Of a DNA stretch of 64,000 nucleotides, positions 44,160 to 57,689 are shown piece after piece. The stretch is from Eledone cirrhosa. Lineage: Eukaryota. A program made the translations under genes and the position numbers. Each line of letters opens with the position of its first letter. Positions within the stretch are counted from its first letter, which is position 1. A model generated the notes under the pieces. It saw only the letters and a list, made by a program, of their open reading frames with translations. It was not told the DNA's origin and did not search any database. The stretch is from contig OZ024742.1 in assembly GCA_964016885.1 (NCBI GenBank), forward strand, positions 155,744,001 through 155,808,000, written 5' to 3'.

Positions 44160-44510
44160 TAAAAAGATGAAATCGAAAATGCAACTGGAGTCTTATTTAA
44201 AAAAATATATATATTTATTTGGTTCCTTTACCGGTTTAGCATTTCTTCTGCTTTTCAAAAGTAGAGTTGAGATGGAGGGTCTGTGTTTTTTCTCACAACA
44301 GATGTGAGAAAAACCACAGACCCTCCATCTCACCTCTACTTTTGAAAAGCAGAAGAACTGCTAAACCGGTAAAGGAACGAAATAAATATATATATTTTTT
44401 TTTAAATAAGACTCCAGTTGCATTTTCGATTTCATCTTTTTTTCTTTATACTTTCACTCGTGTAGGACACCTCGGTTATTTTGCATTTTGTAAAAAAAAA
44501 CCTCACTTTC
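44160..44510 (+). mobile_element. Fold-back mini-element with U3-A8 HHR-like motif (related copy ~49995-50270 on -)
   Basis: 44160-44295 mirrors 44305-44440; CTT-TTGAAAA-GCAG-AAGAA-CTGC-TAAA-CCGG-TA-AAG (GAAA in the 50185-50222 copy). Confidence 0.7.
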
Positions 44511-44578
44511 TAATATATATATATATATTTATATATAATATATTAACAAATGGAAACTATATTTATAAAACCATATTT

Positions 44579-44641
44579 ATTTCATTATACATATTTCAAG
44601 GAAACTAAAGCAAATTATGGTGCTCTTTCATCAGATGAAAT
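44579..44641 (-). ncRNA. Type I HHR (relative of 3159-3222)
   Basis: ATTTCAT-CTGATGA-AAG...CTT-GAAA-TATGTA-TA-ATGAAAT. Confidence 0.75.
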
Positions 44642-44805
44642 ATAATATAGATCAATTTTATAAACAAATATTGACATACCCTTAAAGAATGCGACCATGT
44701 CGGTTGGAAGCTCCCGGATAGTGGGGTTACTAATTTTATTATTGGTCTATTATGCAAATTAGTGTTTAAATCCCAGTACATTTAAATTAAGCCGTTGGAA
44801 TAGGG

Positions 44806-44882
<77 letters not shown>

Positions 44883-44888
<6 letters not shown>

Positions 44889-45087
44889 ATACTTTGGGAG
44901 GGTCATGTTGCCAATAAGAAACACACGCACCATAGCTTTCACTTCAATTTATTATAATAAATTGAAGTGAAAGCAACTGGTGAGTGTGTTTCTTATTGGC
45001 AACATGACCCTCCCAAAGTATAACAATATCGGTTTCAACACACGATTTCAGATAAAGTATCTTGCCAAACAAATTCAGAAACGAAAT
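44883..45087 (+). mobile_element. Fold-back made only of the extreme 3' end of the PLE at 29860-33525
   Basis: 44950-45087 near-identical to 33385-33525; 44883-44950 is its inverse. Confidence 0.85.
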
Positions 45088-46730
45088 ATATATATATATA
45101 TATAATATTACAGGTAACAAATTTATCATATTTTATTCTAGGAACATTGAAACCAAGTATATAAGTATATGCTGGACAGCTGAAGTGCCAGGAATTAATG
45201 CAATAGTTCATGCGAATTTATCACAGGGATAGCTAATAGATATGGAAGTGCCCATGGTGATATATATATATATGTTAATGTGACTTTAATTTCGAAAATT
45301 ATACAGAAAAATCAAACCTAAACAATATATCTGCTATCTTGATTTACCAGACGTAAAAATACAAAATCACCAACTTGTTTATCGAGTATTTTGTTTAAAG
45401 TAATGTTATACGTTTGAAGTTTTTTTGGCTATTTTTTTTTATTTAATAACTTATTGTGATATATGAATATATTATTTCATATACTTTTTATAGATTACTT
45501 TATATAATTATCAAATATTTTTATCTATGCTTGCGTCTGTACTTAATGCAAATCAGGTAAGTATGGAAAATATATTCAGGGAAATGTTCCATAATTCATC
45601 TTTACAAATTATGAATTTTGTTAGATAACTCTGGCAATTCACTTCCAGAAATTATATATTTCGTTTGCGATGACATTACTGATATAGATATTACGATAAG
45701 GATATTAAAATTTGTTTTGTTAATCCCACCATTTAATCAAATTAGGCACACCAAAACTAAATGTACATTATATGATTGTTTGAGGTCACTCAAGGAGAGT
45801 TATAAAGGGAGACGTTTCCGAAGTCTATGCTAACATTATTTTCTATATAATTATGAGATATATATATGAGCTTTGAAGGAGTCATATATACTTAAAGTAT
45901 TTATACACGTATATGATGTAGAAGTCACAGTCCTACTAATGCAAATTTTTATATAAATGTCAGATGCAAATATAATTGTCCTTACAACATAATTGGGGTC
46001 ACCTGTGAAAATATTGAATATTTTGCTAGTGTTACGTTGTCCAATTCTATTCCTGCTTCAAACAATGCTATAAATATAAAACATCATAAATAGTTAGCTA
46101 GAGAGAAATAAACTATGTATTTTTATTTGTTTGTTTTTTTAGTATTTCAGTATAAATATTTCCTTGGTGATTATCAAAAAATATATATGTTCCGAACATG
46201 AAAGACACCACGGATCTATGTTTGAGGCTCAGTTGTGATATTTGTTTCTAAAGAATTTAACCTACATTTTAGTATTAATGATATAATCGCGATATTTTAA
46301 TAACATCCAGCACAATCTTCACGGAAGCTAGTGATATATCATTTATATAATGGTTCCACCGGTTTACAAGATGATTAGCTACTACAATACATGTAGTATT
46401 TCTAAAAATAAATAATTGTATGTGTTATTTGTATTGGTTTTGATATAGTCTACAGCACTATGTGAAATAGAAATTGAGATGTGTGCAGTGATTTAAAACA
46501 CAACTATTGCAGATTTAATTAATAGAAATTTCACAAAAGAAGTCTGGATTAGAAATATGTTCGATTTCACTATACATAGTGATTTAGGTATAGTTTTAAC
46601 TTAATATTCACTTTAAAACACGGCTCCAATATCATAACAACCACTTTAAGACGTTCTTACCAATCTACATCAATATTTAGTATGGAATTTATGCTCCAAC
46701 GTCAGTTAAAGTGTATATAATATATAAAAG

Positions 46731-47575
46731 TGTATATAATATAAAGAAAACGAAAAATCAGTGATGCATCTGGACTTAGTTTATTTCGTGTTACAAATGT
46801 TTCGCCGGCATGTAGCTCGAGTCATGGTCCTTGTATGGATCTGGCGTATGTATATATGTGTGTATGAGTGTATATATATAGATATACATATATATAAATG
46901 TATAGAAGGTTGGGCGTATGTATATATGCGCGCGTATGTATGTGTATGTTTGGGTAGCATATGCTCATCCCAATTGATACAGGAAGCGAAGTAAGCAGCC
47001 GTCGGAAGGCTTGTGACGATAGGTATCAACAAGTGGGTGTGAATGGGTCCGTGGAAGTGAGGGAGAGAAGGTGTGTGAGTATATATTCTTCGATGTATTA
47101 TGTGAGGGTGTGTGTCTGCGCATGTAGGCCTACGTGTGTGTATGCATAGCTAGGTATGTGTCTGCATGTGTGTGTGTGTCTATGTGTGTATATTAGTATG
47201 TTTGAGAACTTACTCTGAAGTTGGAGCAGACGTGTGATGTACTGAACGCAGCATGACGCCATTGAAATGTGTCGGACGGAAAATGGTTGGTGAACCGTGT
47301 GGGAGAAGATACTGACCAGAACTTGTGATGACGTGGAGTAAAAACAGCCAATGGCATGACAAGAGTGGAAATAGGTTTTTTTTTATGATAACAACCCAGT
47401 GATAAAATTTGATCGGGACGAAACACCCCTGTCTGAAAGAACCTGCAGAAGTAGAATCAGCCAGATCCATATAAGTACCATGACTCGAGCTACATGCCGG
47501 CGAAACATTTGTAACACGAAATAAACTAAGTCCAGAGGCATCACTGATTTTTCGTTTTCTTTATTTTATCTACAC
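46731..47575. mobile_element. Element with ~110-bp terminal inverted repeats, non-coding interior
   Basis: 46741-46847 mirrors 47460-47565. Confidence 0.65.
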
Positions 47576-47653
47576 TCTACTCTGATGAATACAATACTGA
47601 GTGCTAATTTTGGCATACCACCTATGGAATCACCATAGCTACCACGCTAAACA

Positions 47654-47720
<67 letters not shown>

Positions 47721-47832
47721 ATAACCCATGAATTACGCATATATATGCCTTAAACTTTAACTGCCGTTGGAGCATAACTTCCATAATAAATATTGATGTA
47801 GATTGGTAAGAACGTCTTAAAGTGTTTGTTAT

Positions 47833-47896
<64 letters not shown>

Positions 47897-47904
47897 ATAT
47901 ATAT

Positions 47905-48890
47905 ATTTATATGGAAAAAATGAAACGAAATTTCATTTCTCACTCTTAGTATGGCTGTTACTTAAATATATGTACATACATATATGTATACAGACGGATA
48001 GTAGTATGTATATATATATATACATACATGCACATATATATATATATATATGTGTACGTATGGATTCACCGAACATTTATTATAATGCTCGGTGTGTTTG
48101 TAAACAAACATCCCGAATTAATCCGTACAATGTTTAGCAACCATCGTTGCTCTTTTGTTCAACACTGACAAAGGAATGATGTACTAGTTTGAAGCTTATT
48201 AGCTATCGTCAGCACCGTATACCTGCCTGCTAGATGATTGAACGTCTGAAAGTATATACTTTCCTTGTGGATATTAACGGCTCAGCAGCCTAATTTGAAT
48301 ATCGAGTGAGTTAGTTGCCCGGGCGCACCGAAAACGATAAACGGAAAAAATGAAACGAAATTTCATTTCTCACTCTTTGTACGGCTGTTACTTAAATATA
48401 AGTATGTATACGTACATACATATATGTATACAGACGTACAGTAGTATGTATATATATACATACATGCACACACATATATATATATATATGTAAGTATGGC
48501 TTCACCAAACATTTATAATAATGCTCGGTGTTTTTGTAAACAAGCATCCCGAATTAAGCCGTACAGTGCTTGGCAACCATCGTCGCCCTTTTGTTCAACA
48601 CTGACAAAGGGACGATGTACTAGTTTCAAGCTTATTAGCTATCTTGTAAGGTATACAGTGTTGACGATAGCTAATAAGCTTGAAACTAGTACATCGTTCC
48701 TTTGTCAGTGTTGAACAAAAGCGCAATGATGGTTGCTAAACACTGTACTGCTTAATTCGGGATGTTTGTTTACAAACACACGGAGCATTATAATAAATAT
48801 TCGGTAAATCCATTCGTACATATATATATATATATATGTGTGTGCATGTATGTATATAACTATGCATACTACTGTACGTCTCTATACTTA
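47905..48890 (-). mobile_element. Retrozyme-like ~435-bp HHR unit: tandem copies plus inverted copy
   Basis: 47910-48340 repeats at 48343-48645; inverted copy 48650-48880; HHR cores partly mutated. Confidence 0.7.
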
Positions 48891-48940
<50 letters not shown>

Positions 48941-49149
48941 GTGAGTATGTATACATATTCTAACGAACCGTATGTTTTTGAAATTACTCAAAATTCTTAG
49001 TAGATCATTTACGCTTACATCATCAATATCAAGCTTAATAAAAACATGTATGTTGTCTTTTGGGTTTTTTTTAAATAGTTTTGCCTTTTTTTTATTCGAA
49101 GTGATTCAGAAAATAATATATATCCTTTTTTTATATTTGGTGCATTAGC

Positions 49150-49900
49150 TTTTGTCTGATATATGTTTTGGTTACAAATTGGTAAAGTTCTATTCGGTAT
49201 CCATTCGATTTTCCGGGCTAACAAAAGGGCCTTGGTGGTATAGCAGCTATTTGGTGGGTGGGGGCTGGAGCACTCTTAGTTGTGTTATGTTAAGTGGAGT
49301 CGAAAAGCAAGGTACGAATGTTATGCTGTGCCGGCAATGTTTTCATTTTTCATATCTGGCATTATGGGCAGAGGTAGGATCTAATTAGTTCTTCAATATC
49401 ATCTAGCTCTCAAAGCTGCAAACATGTCATTTGTCGTTTACATTGATACAGGTTATACATTGTTCTGCAATATTCTGGCCGATGCTGTATTTGACAGAGT
49501 TCTAGTTTTTTCTCCAAATTCAACTAGTGTGATTCGATGTGTTCTTCAAACTGGACTGAAACTCTCCCGTATGGTTATGGTAAATTCCGAATTATGGTTT
49601 GATGCTTGTCGTTTTGTCTAGGTCTCTTGTTTTAACTGTTCTTTCTTAGATTAGAACCTCTGTTTTACAGTCCTATTCAAATGGCCATATCTTTGTTCAT
49701 AATGTAGCACCAGGCTAAAATATATAGTGAGAGGAGAAGATGTCCTTTGACACTGAAATTCGTTTGTTTAAATTAATATGATTCCAGTTCCTCAGTGAAA
49801 TAACAACCCAACCAGGAACTGGGCATATCAGAGTATTGACAAAGTTAAACATCTCAACAAAATGTGTACTCGTCTATACCACACTAATTCGGACTGCCTG
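49150..49900 (-). mobile_element. Possible highly decayed LINE RT remnant
   Basis: Only a faint QGxxLSP-like trace near 49720-49750; no intact frame. Confidence 0.25.
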
Positions 49901-50085
49901 AAGAGGTTACAGCCAATATATATAGCAGCAATAAACGAAGCCAAATTTTAAAAATGTTAAACTTTTGACTTATTTATTTTATTTTATTTTATTTTACAAT
50001 ACTCCGGAGTAACCAAACCAACCTGCGCACCTCGTCGAGTGCTCCAATCTACACACTGAGGTGTTGGTATACAACCAATAATTGA

Positions 50086-50121
<36 letters not shown>

Positions 50122-50284
50122 TATATAAGGAAAAAGGATGAAATTGAAAATGCAACAGCGGTCTTTTAAAAAAAAATGTTTGTTCTTTTACCAGTTTCGC
50201 AGTTCTTGTGCTTTTCAAAAGTAGAATCGAGATGTTTTTCTCACATCTGTGGTTTTTTTCACTTTCTAATATATATATATTTAT

Positions 50285-51105
50285 ATAAATATAAGTATGT
50301 ATACGTATATACATATATGTGTACAGACGTACAGTAGTATGTATATATATACATACATGCACAAATATATATATGTACGTATGGGTTTACCAAACATTTA
50401 TTATAATGTTCGGTTTGTTTGTAAACAAACAGCCCGAATTACGCCGTACAGTTTTCGGCAACCTTCATCGCCTTTTTGTTCAACACTGACACAATAACGA
50501 TGTACTAGTTTCAAGCTTATTAGCTATTGTCAGCATCGTATACCTTCCTGTCAGATGATTGAACGTTTGAAAGTATATACTTTCCTTAATGCATATTAAC
50601 GGCTGAGCAACCTAATTTGCATATCGAGTGAGTTAGTTGGCCGGGCGTACCGAAAACGATAAATGGAAAAGAATGAAACAATACATGGAAAAGAATGAAA
50701 CGAAATTTCCTTTCAACGACTGATACCTAAATATAAGTATGTATACGTATATACATATATGTGTTCAGACGTACAGTAGTATATATATATATATATACAT
50801 ACATGCACACATATATACATATATGTACGCCCGGCACACTAACTCACTCGATATGCAAATTACGCTGCTCAGCCGTTAATATGCATAGGGGATGTATATA
50901 CTTTCAAACGTTCAATCATCTGAGAGGAAGGTATACGATGCTGACGATAGCTAATAAGCTTGAAACTAGTATATCGTTCCTGTGTCAGCATTGAACAAAA
51001 AGGCGACTATGGTTGCCGAACACTCTACGGCGTAATTCGAGCTGTTTCTTTACAAACAAACCGAACATTATAATCAATGTTCGGTAAACCCATACGTACA
51101 TATAT
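50285..51105. mobile_element. Second locus of the ~435-bp HHR family, fold-back arrangement
   Basis: 50370-50645 mirrors 50830-51103. Confidence 0.7.
50936..50976 (+). ncRNA. Minimal type I HHR with palindromic ACTAGT stem III
   Basis: CGATG-CTGACGA-TAGCT-AATA-AGCTT-GAAA-CTAG-TA-TATCG. Confidence 0.75.
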
Positions 51106-51627
51106 GTTCATTTACTTTTTCAGTTATAACATTGCTTACACACACACACATATATATACATAATCTCTCTCTCACACACACAATCATGTATATCTCTCAA
51201 TATATATGACTGAATTTCTTAGCTTCTTGTAAATGAAAATTGATATCTTAAAATTTAATTTGTTATTCTTTAGCCTAGTTGAAGCGATGGACGTTGTATA
51301 CAATGTTATATTCAGTCAATGTTATTGATTTCTATTTACACCTTAAGGCAATCAGTTTCATGTGATTTCAACATATATTACGTTTTGATTCTTCCATTCT
51401 ATCCAGAGTAAAGAATATTGAAAGCTAAAAAAAAAAAATAAGTAACAGTATGCCACACGTTATGATATGATAAACACAATTTCATGCAAATATACAGACG
51501 GGTTGTCAATGTTCATATTTCTATCTGTTTCGCCATCTATGCATATATTTGTCTTTGTCTAGCGTTAGTGTTTTAAATTCGAAAACAAAACAGATGTTTA
51601 TTTCACCACACATTATATATTTCTCGT

Positions 51628-51679
<52 letters not shown>

Positions 51680-51682
<3 letters not shown>

Positions 51683-52778
51683 CGAAGGAAATGTGGTAAG
51701 GAACCAGGTGGACCATAACGCACCAAAGTACTCAATACTTGAGGTAGTAGAGTGGGTAATAGGAACCAGTAAGACCCCGACAGCTGAGCTCAAGCCGTTT
51801 CGACGGCTAATTCTGGACTAAATGAAAATTTATCCTGGTATTTAAATAGCCGATCTTCTCAAGGGGTAATTCCATATATGGTCAAAGTGATTGTCAAAAA
51901 TCAGTAGTAATTCTGTGGTTGCAAATTAGTAGGGGAGATGGTGGCTAAACCTGCGAGTAGGAGAAAGAGGGGAGGGGGTGGAGTAGACCCAATCAAGCGT
52001 TGGTAGTGCCAGCTACAGCTGGGCATGAGGTCAAAGAAGATACAGGGGAGGGGGAGGGGGGGGGGGAAGTCGGAACGGTAGGTAGAACAATGGGGGGTAG
52101 AAATAGGAAAGAAAAAATACTGAGAGTGAAGAAAAGCAAATAAGTATGTATCAAAGCAAATAATTATGTATCAACCCCGATGGCAGAAATAACCTAATTA
52201 GCAGTGGAGAACCGACCAGGAGGTGTAACTGCCCGGATAGATCTATTTGCCCACTCGACAATAGATGCAGAGACCGTAATGTGATCTACGGTCTCTGCAT
52301 CTATTGTCGAGTGGGCAAATAGATCTATCCGGGCAGTTACACCTCCTGGTCGGTTCTCCACTGCTAATTAGGTTATTTCTGCCATCGGGGTTGATACATA
52401 CTTATTTGCTTTTCTTCACTCTCAGTATTTTTTCTTTCCTATTTCTACCCCCCATTGTTCTACCTACCGTTCCGACTTCCTCCCCCTCCCCCTCCCCTGT
52501 ATCTTCTTTGACCTCATGCCCAGCTGTAGCTGGCACTACCAACGCTTGATTGGGTCTACTCCACCCCCTCCCCTCTTTCTCCTACTCGCAGGTTTAGCCA
52601 CCATCTCCCCTACTAATTTGCAACCACAGAATTACTACTGATTTTTGACAATCACTTTGACCATATATGGAATTACCCCTTGAGAAGATCGGCTATTTAA
52701 ATACCAGGATAAATTTTCCTTTAGTCCAGAATTAGCCGTCGAAACGGCTTGAGCTCAGCTGTCGGGGTCTTACTGGTT

Positions 52779-52782
<4 letters not shown>
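51680..52782. mobile_element. Long family-A fold-back (arms ~51760-52278 / 52287-52782) with complete HHR and a GIY-YIG knuckle fragment
   Basis: Near-perfect arms; + strand 52218-52289 reads RRCNCPDRSICPLDNRCRDRNVIY. Confidence 0.85.
52675..52768 (+). ncRNA. Complete type I HHR, U3-A8 core variant (mirror copy 51774-51867 on -)
   Basis: ACCCC-TTGAGAA-GATCGGCTA...TAGCCGTC-GAAA-CGGCT-TGAGCTC-AGCTG-TC-GGGGT; all three stems pair. Confidence 0.8.
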
Positions 52783-52819
<37 letters not shown>

Positions 52820-53373
52820 AGTGTAATTTTCTACACAAAACGAAGGTTATAGAGAAAATTGAGGTTGGTAATGGCACATGGAATATATAAGAGACAGAAT
52901 ACTTTTTTGTGAAAAAACATATAATTTTATAAGGTAAGGAAATAATAAAGGGTATAAAAAATGACCGGTTTCGATGGGTCTGCAAAAGCCATCTTTTCAA
53001 ATGTTGATTAATATTAAGAAAAATTAATAATACGAAGAGTTAAAATTTGAGATTTGAAAATTCAAGTATAAAATTCATTGTGGGATTTCATAGTAGTTTT
53101 CATCTAGGTAGCAACAACAAGTTGACTGCTGTGTCCCTTTCTGGTAGTGAATGAGAAGTTATTTGGGGTGTGGGTTATTTTATAAAGGTCAGATTTAGCA
53201 ATGGTCAGTTGGCCAGCTGCTGGTCAATGAGGGGGGTGGAAGCAATATACATACATGTATCTTCCTGTGGTGGGTAGGAGTGTGGAGCGTGATAGAAAGG
53301 GATTTAGTGCACTTACACCTATATATACACACATACCTTCATCCACACATACATACATATACATATACCACAC

Positions 53374-53412
<39 letters not shown>

Positions 53413-53641
53413 CACACATACATACACACACACATACATATACATGCACACATACACACACACACACATATATACACATACACACACATATATATATATA
53501 CACACACACACATATATATACATACACATACATCCAGATACACACATACATACACACACACACATATATATACATACACACATACAAACATACACACACA
53601 CACACACATATATATACACATACGCACATACATATATATAT

Positions 53642-53704
<63 letters not shown>

Positions 53705-54114
53705 CGCATACATCCAGATACACACATACATACACACACACACACACATATACACATACATACACCCACACACAGAGAAATGGCCTCCAAATATATATAT
53801 ATATACATACATACACATATTTTTTTCATAATATAAGAAGTTGGGACAGTGAAATTAAAATACAAGTCATTCTGATCACATTGAGTTCTTCATGTAGATT
53901 GGGCCCCGCAACCGACAGTGGTGAATTATGTGTGCGCATATATATATAGATATATGTGTGTGCACGTGCAGGGTTTAACATGGATGTGTTGGTCACACAA
54001 AGGCATGGTCTGTGAACGAATAAACCTGATTCTACAGAATTGGTCTCTGGTCTTTAATAGTAGTGATTCCGTGCGTATGTGTGTTTATATTTTATGACAA
54101 TTCTATTGGGGTGA

Positions 54115-56400
54115 TAACCCGTTTAGTTTTGGTTTAAATTTGTTAAGGAATAGATTTTCTTTGTTTATTCTTTGTTGCTATGTGAACGAATCTGAGCACT
54201 TGTAGAAGGGGAAGATTTTAAAGTTGGGTAGTGTAATTCCTGCGCAGTTCGCAATATGGCTGCTCAAGGGGATTTTTCTTGTGTTAGCGTCCCGGATTTG
54301 TTTGCGGTGGATGGTCATTCTTTTGCGTAATGAGGTTCCCGTCTGTCCTATGTAGTTGTGTTTGCACCCACCGCAAGTTATTGCGTAAATCAAGTTCTCC
54401 GAGTTGCAGGTGAAATTGTTTTTTACTGTAAATGTTTGGCCATCTTTGAATGTAAATGTTTGTTCTTCAGTGAGGTAGAGGCACGTTCCACAGTTTGTTC
54501 TACCACATTTGGTAACTGTAGGGTTGAGGATTGGTTTGGGTATATTTGGTCCAGTGAGAATGCGTTTAAGTGATTTGGGTTGTCTTTTACTTTTAAGTAT
54601 CTTGTGTGTTTCAAGAATAGACTTCATTTTTACATCTTTAAGTAGGATGGGGAGGTTTTTGTGTAGGTGATCAAACATTTCGGTATTTCTGGGGTTGAAA
54701 GTGGATACATATGGCAGGGTGTTGAGTGTGGTTTTCTGTTTTGGATTGTTAAGTTGATGGGGATTTAGGTGTTTTGCCCTGTCTATTCCATTGTTGATTA
54801 TTTCAAGTGGAAAGGCTCTTAAGATAAGGGTGTCTTTTAGTTCCTTTAGTCTTTGCTCCCGTTTAGGTGGATCTTATACTATGGTACATATACGTTTGGC
54901 CAAATTGTAAGGAATGTTAAGTTTTGTATGTTTTGGGTGACTTGATGTGAAAAAGAGGTATTGCTTGGAATCTGTGGGTTTATAGAATATATCTGTATCT
55001 ACTTTCCCGTCTATTACAGAGATGAGAATATCCAAGAAGGCTAATTCCTTAGGATTGGATTCCATTGTGAATTATATGTTATTATCTATGTTGTTTATCA
55101 TGTTTTTAAACGTAGTAAGTGAGTTCATGTCTTCTTGCCATAGGATAAAGCAGTCGTCTAGATATCTTTTCCAATTGGCTTTGAGGTGTGTGTGGAAAGA
55201 GTCTCCAAATAAGAGAAGGGATTGACTGTATATTTGTTGTTCATGGAATCCCATGACTAAGTTGGCATATGTGGGTGCTACTTTCGTACCCATTGCCGTA
55301 CCTGATACTTGTCTGTATGTTGAACCATTGAATGTGAAGTAGTTATTTTGTAGGATAAAGCGGAGTCCGTCAGTGATAAAATCTGTGTTGATGCGTGTCG
55401 GTATTTCTGATGGGTGTGTGTTAAGCCAGTATTGGACTGCTGTTATTCCATAGTTGTGGGGTATGTTTGTGTAGAGGTTTATTACGTCAAAGGAGACAAG
55501 AATTGTATTTGCACTTACTGTTTTAAGGAGGTGTTTCAGCATGTCAAGGTCATCTCGTATGTAGCTCTGTATATGTTGTAGAAAGGGTTTCAGTAGGATG
55601 TCCAGAAAGTTGCTAAGTCTGTGGGTTTCACATGTAGGGCCTGCTATAATTGGCCTGAGTTTTAGGTCTTCTGGTGGTGTTAGTTCAATGTAATTGTTGG
55701 TTGAGGTGTCACATGCATCGTTTATGGGTTTACATTTGTGGAGTTACGGTAAGCCGTAAAAAGAGCTTGTATTGCATTTGAAGTGGCTTATATAGTTAAA
55801 CTCTTTTGTGGTTAAGCTGTTGCGGTATTTATTCAGTAAGGTCAAAAGGTTCCCCATTGTTTTGGTGTGTTTGTAGTTTTCTGTTTTTTCATAGTATGTG
55901 TTGTTTCCTAAAATGTTAAGTGCGAGAGTCCTATAGTAGTCCGTATTCATAATGACAACAGTACTGCCTTTATCGGCTTCTTTGATAGTTATCTCAGGGT
56001 TGTTTCTAAGTGTGAATAATTCGTCCCATTCGTGTGTAGATAGGTTTGATTTTGTGTGTTTATTTGTAATTTTTTCATAGGGAAAGTTGGTGATGTGTTC
56101 GCAGTACGTGTCCAGTGCTTTATCTCTTCCCTTTTGTGGGCAGAAATTGCTTTTATTTCTAACCAGTGATTCGTCTTCAGTGTTGGTGTCGTTGTGGAAG
56201 AATTCCGTTAGTCGCAGCTTTCGGCAGTATTCCATGATGTCATCCTTCATTTCGGGGAAGTTTGGTTTACGTGGTGTAGGTGTAAATTTCAGGCCCTTAC
56301 TTAAAATGTTGATTTGTGTGTTGGTTAGAGGTGTCTTTGAGAGGTTGATTATTTTTGGTTTCTCCTGAGGGGGGAGGGGGGGGGGGGGGGGGGGGGGCAT
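54115..56400 (-). pseudogene. PLE RT-GIY-YIG polyprotein with stops/frameshifts
   Basis: LSKGLKFTPTP, IKEADKGS, FYGLP, SFDVINLYTNIP, GTAMG, RYLDD, LAFLDI, YKPTD, NLIYAITC..C..YIGQT. Confidence 0.9.
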
Positions 56401-57388
56401 CGAGTATCCTGGTATTTCAGGCTTTTCCCTAAAAAAGGAATGTAGTTTTGTGTGTGATAATATTTTGTTGGTCTGTGGCGAGTGGGTCTGTAGCTTGTTG
56501 TTTCATGAGGGTGAATGTGATGGTGGGGGTGGTATGTGTTGTGGTTGTTGATGAGCAAGGGTTCTGTTGTTGGTTCATGTGGTCTGGGTACGTTATTTCT
56601 GTGGTACAGAGTGTTGAGGTTGGGGGGTTGCCTTTTGTTGGATTGAGGGTGATGTCTGGTGTGGTTGTGGGTAAGTTATGTTGTGATTTCAAGTGGTCTG
56701 GGTGGATTTCTTCTGGGGAATGTGGTGTGTGTGTTGTGAGTTGGATCTATGTTATTTCGTCGTTGGTTTATGTAGGGGGCATTTCTACGGAAACCTGTGT
56801 TGTGGTGGTTGGGTGTGTTTCTTTTGGTGTAGTTGGCCGTATTTGGTTTGTGTTGGTGGGGGATGTGCCTGTGGTTAGTGTGTGTTGGGTTTGGTGGTGT
56901 AAATGTGTCTGTTGTAGTTCTTGTTATGTTCAAATGCTTTATAAAGGGGTTACCTGTTTGGTGTCCTTTTAAAGTCTTCTTCATATTTGAGGAACCAGTT
57001 TTCGGATTTTGGGTTTGGTGGTGTAAATGTGTATGTTGTAGTTCTTGTTATGTTCAAATGCTTTATAAAGGGGTTACCTGTTTGGTGCGTCCTTTTAAAG
57101 TCTTCTTCATATTTGAGGAACCAGTTTTCGGATTTTTCGTCTGTATATTGCTTCCACCCCCTCATTGACCAGCAGCTGGCCAACTGACCATTGCTAAATC
57201 TGACCTTTATAAATTAACCCACACCCCAAATAACTTCTCATTCACTACCAGAAAGGGACACAGCAGTCAACTTGTTGTTGCTACCTAGATGAAAACTACT
57301 ATGAAATCCCACAATGAATTTTATACTTGAATTTTCAAATCTCAAAGTTTAACTCTTCGTATTATTAATTTTTCTTAATATTAATCAA

Positions 57389-57432
57389 CATTTGAAAAGA
57401 TGGCTTTTGCAGACCCATCGAAACCGGTCATT
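57389..57432 (+). ncRNA. Minimal U3-A8 HHR (sense copy 52960-53003 on -)
   Basis: TTGAAAA-GATGG-CTTTTGCAGAC-CCATC-GAAA-CCG-GTC; palindromic ACCGGT; stem I weak. Confidence 0.65.
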
Positions 57433-57533
57433 TTTTATACCCTTTATTATTTCCTTACCTTATAAAATTATATGTTTTTTCACAAAAAAGTATTCTGTCT
57501 CTTATATATTCCATGTGCCATTACCAACCTCAA

Positions 57534-57689
<156 letters not shown>

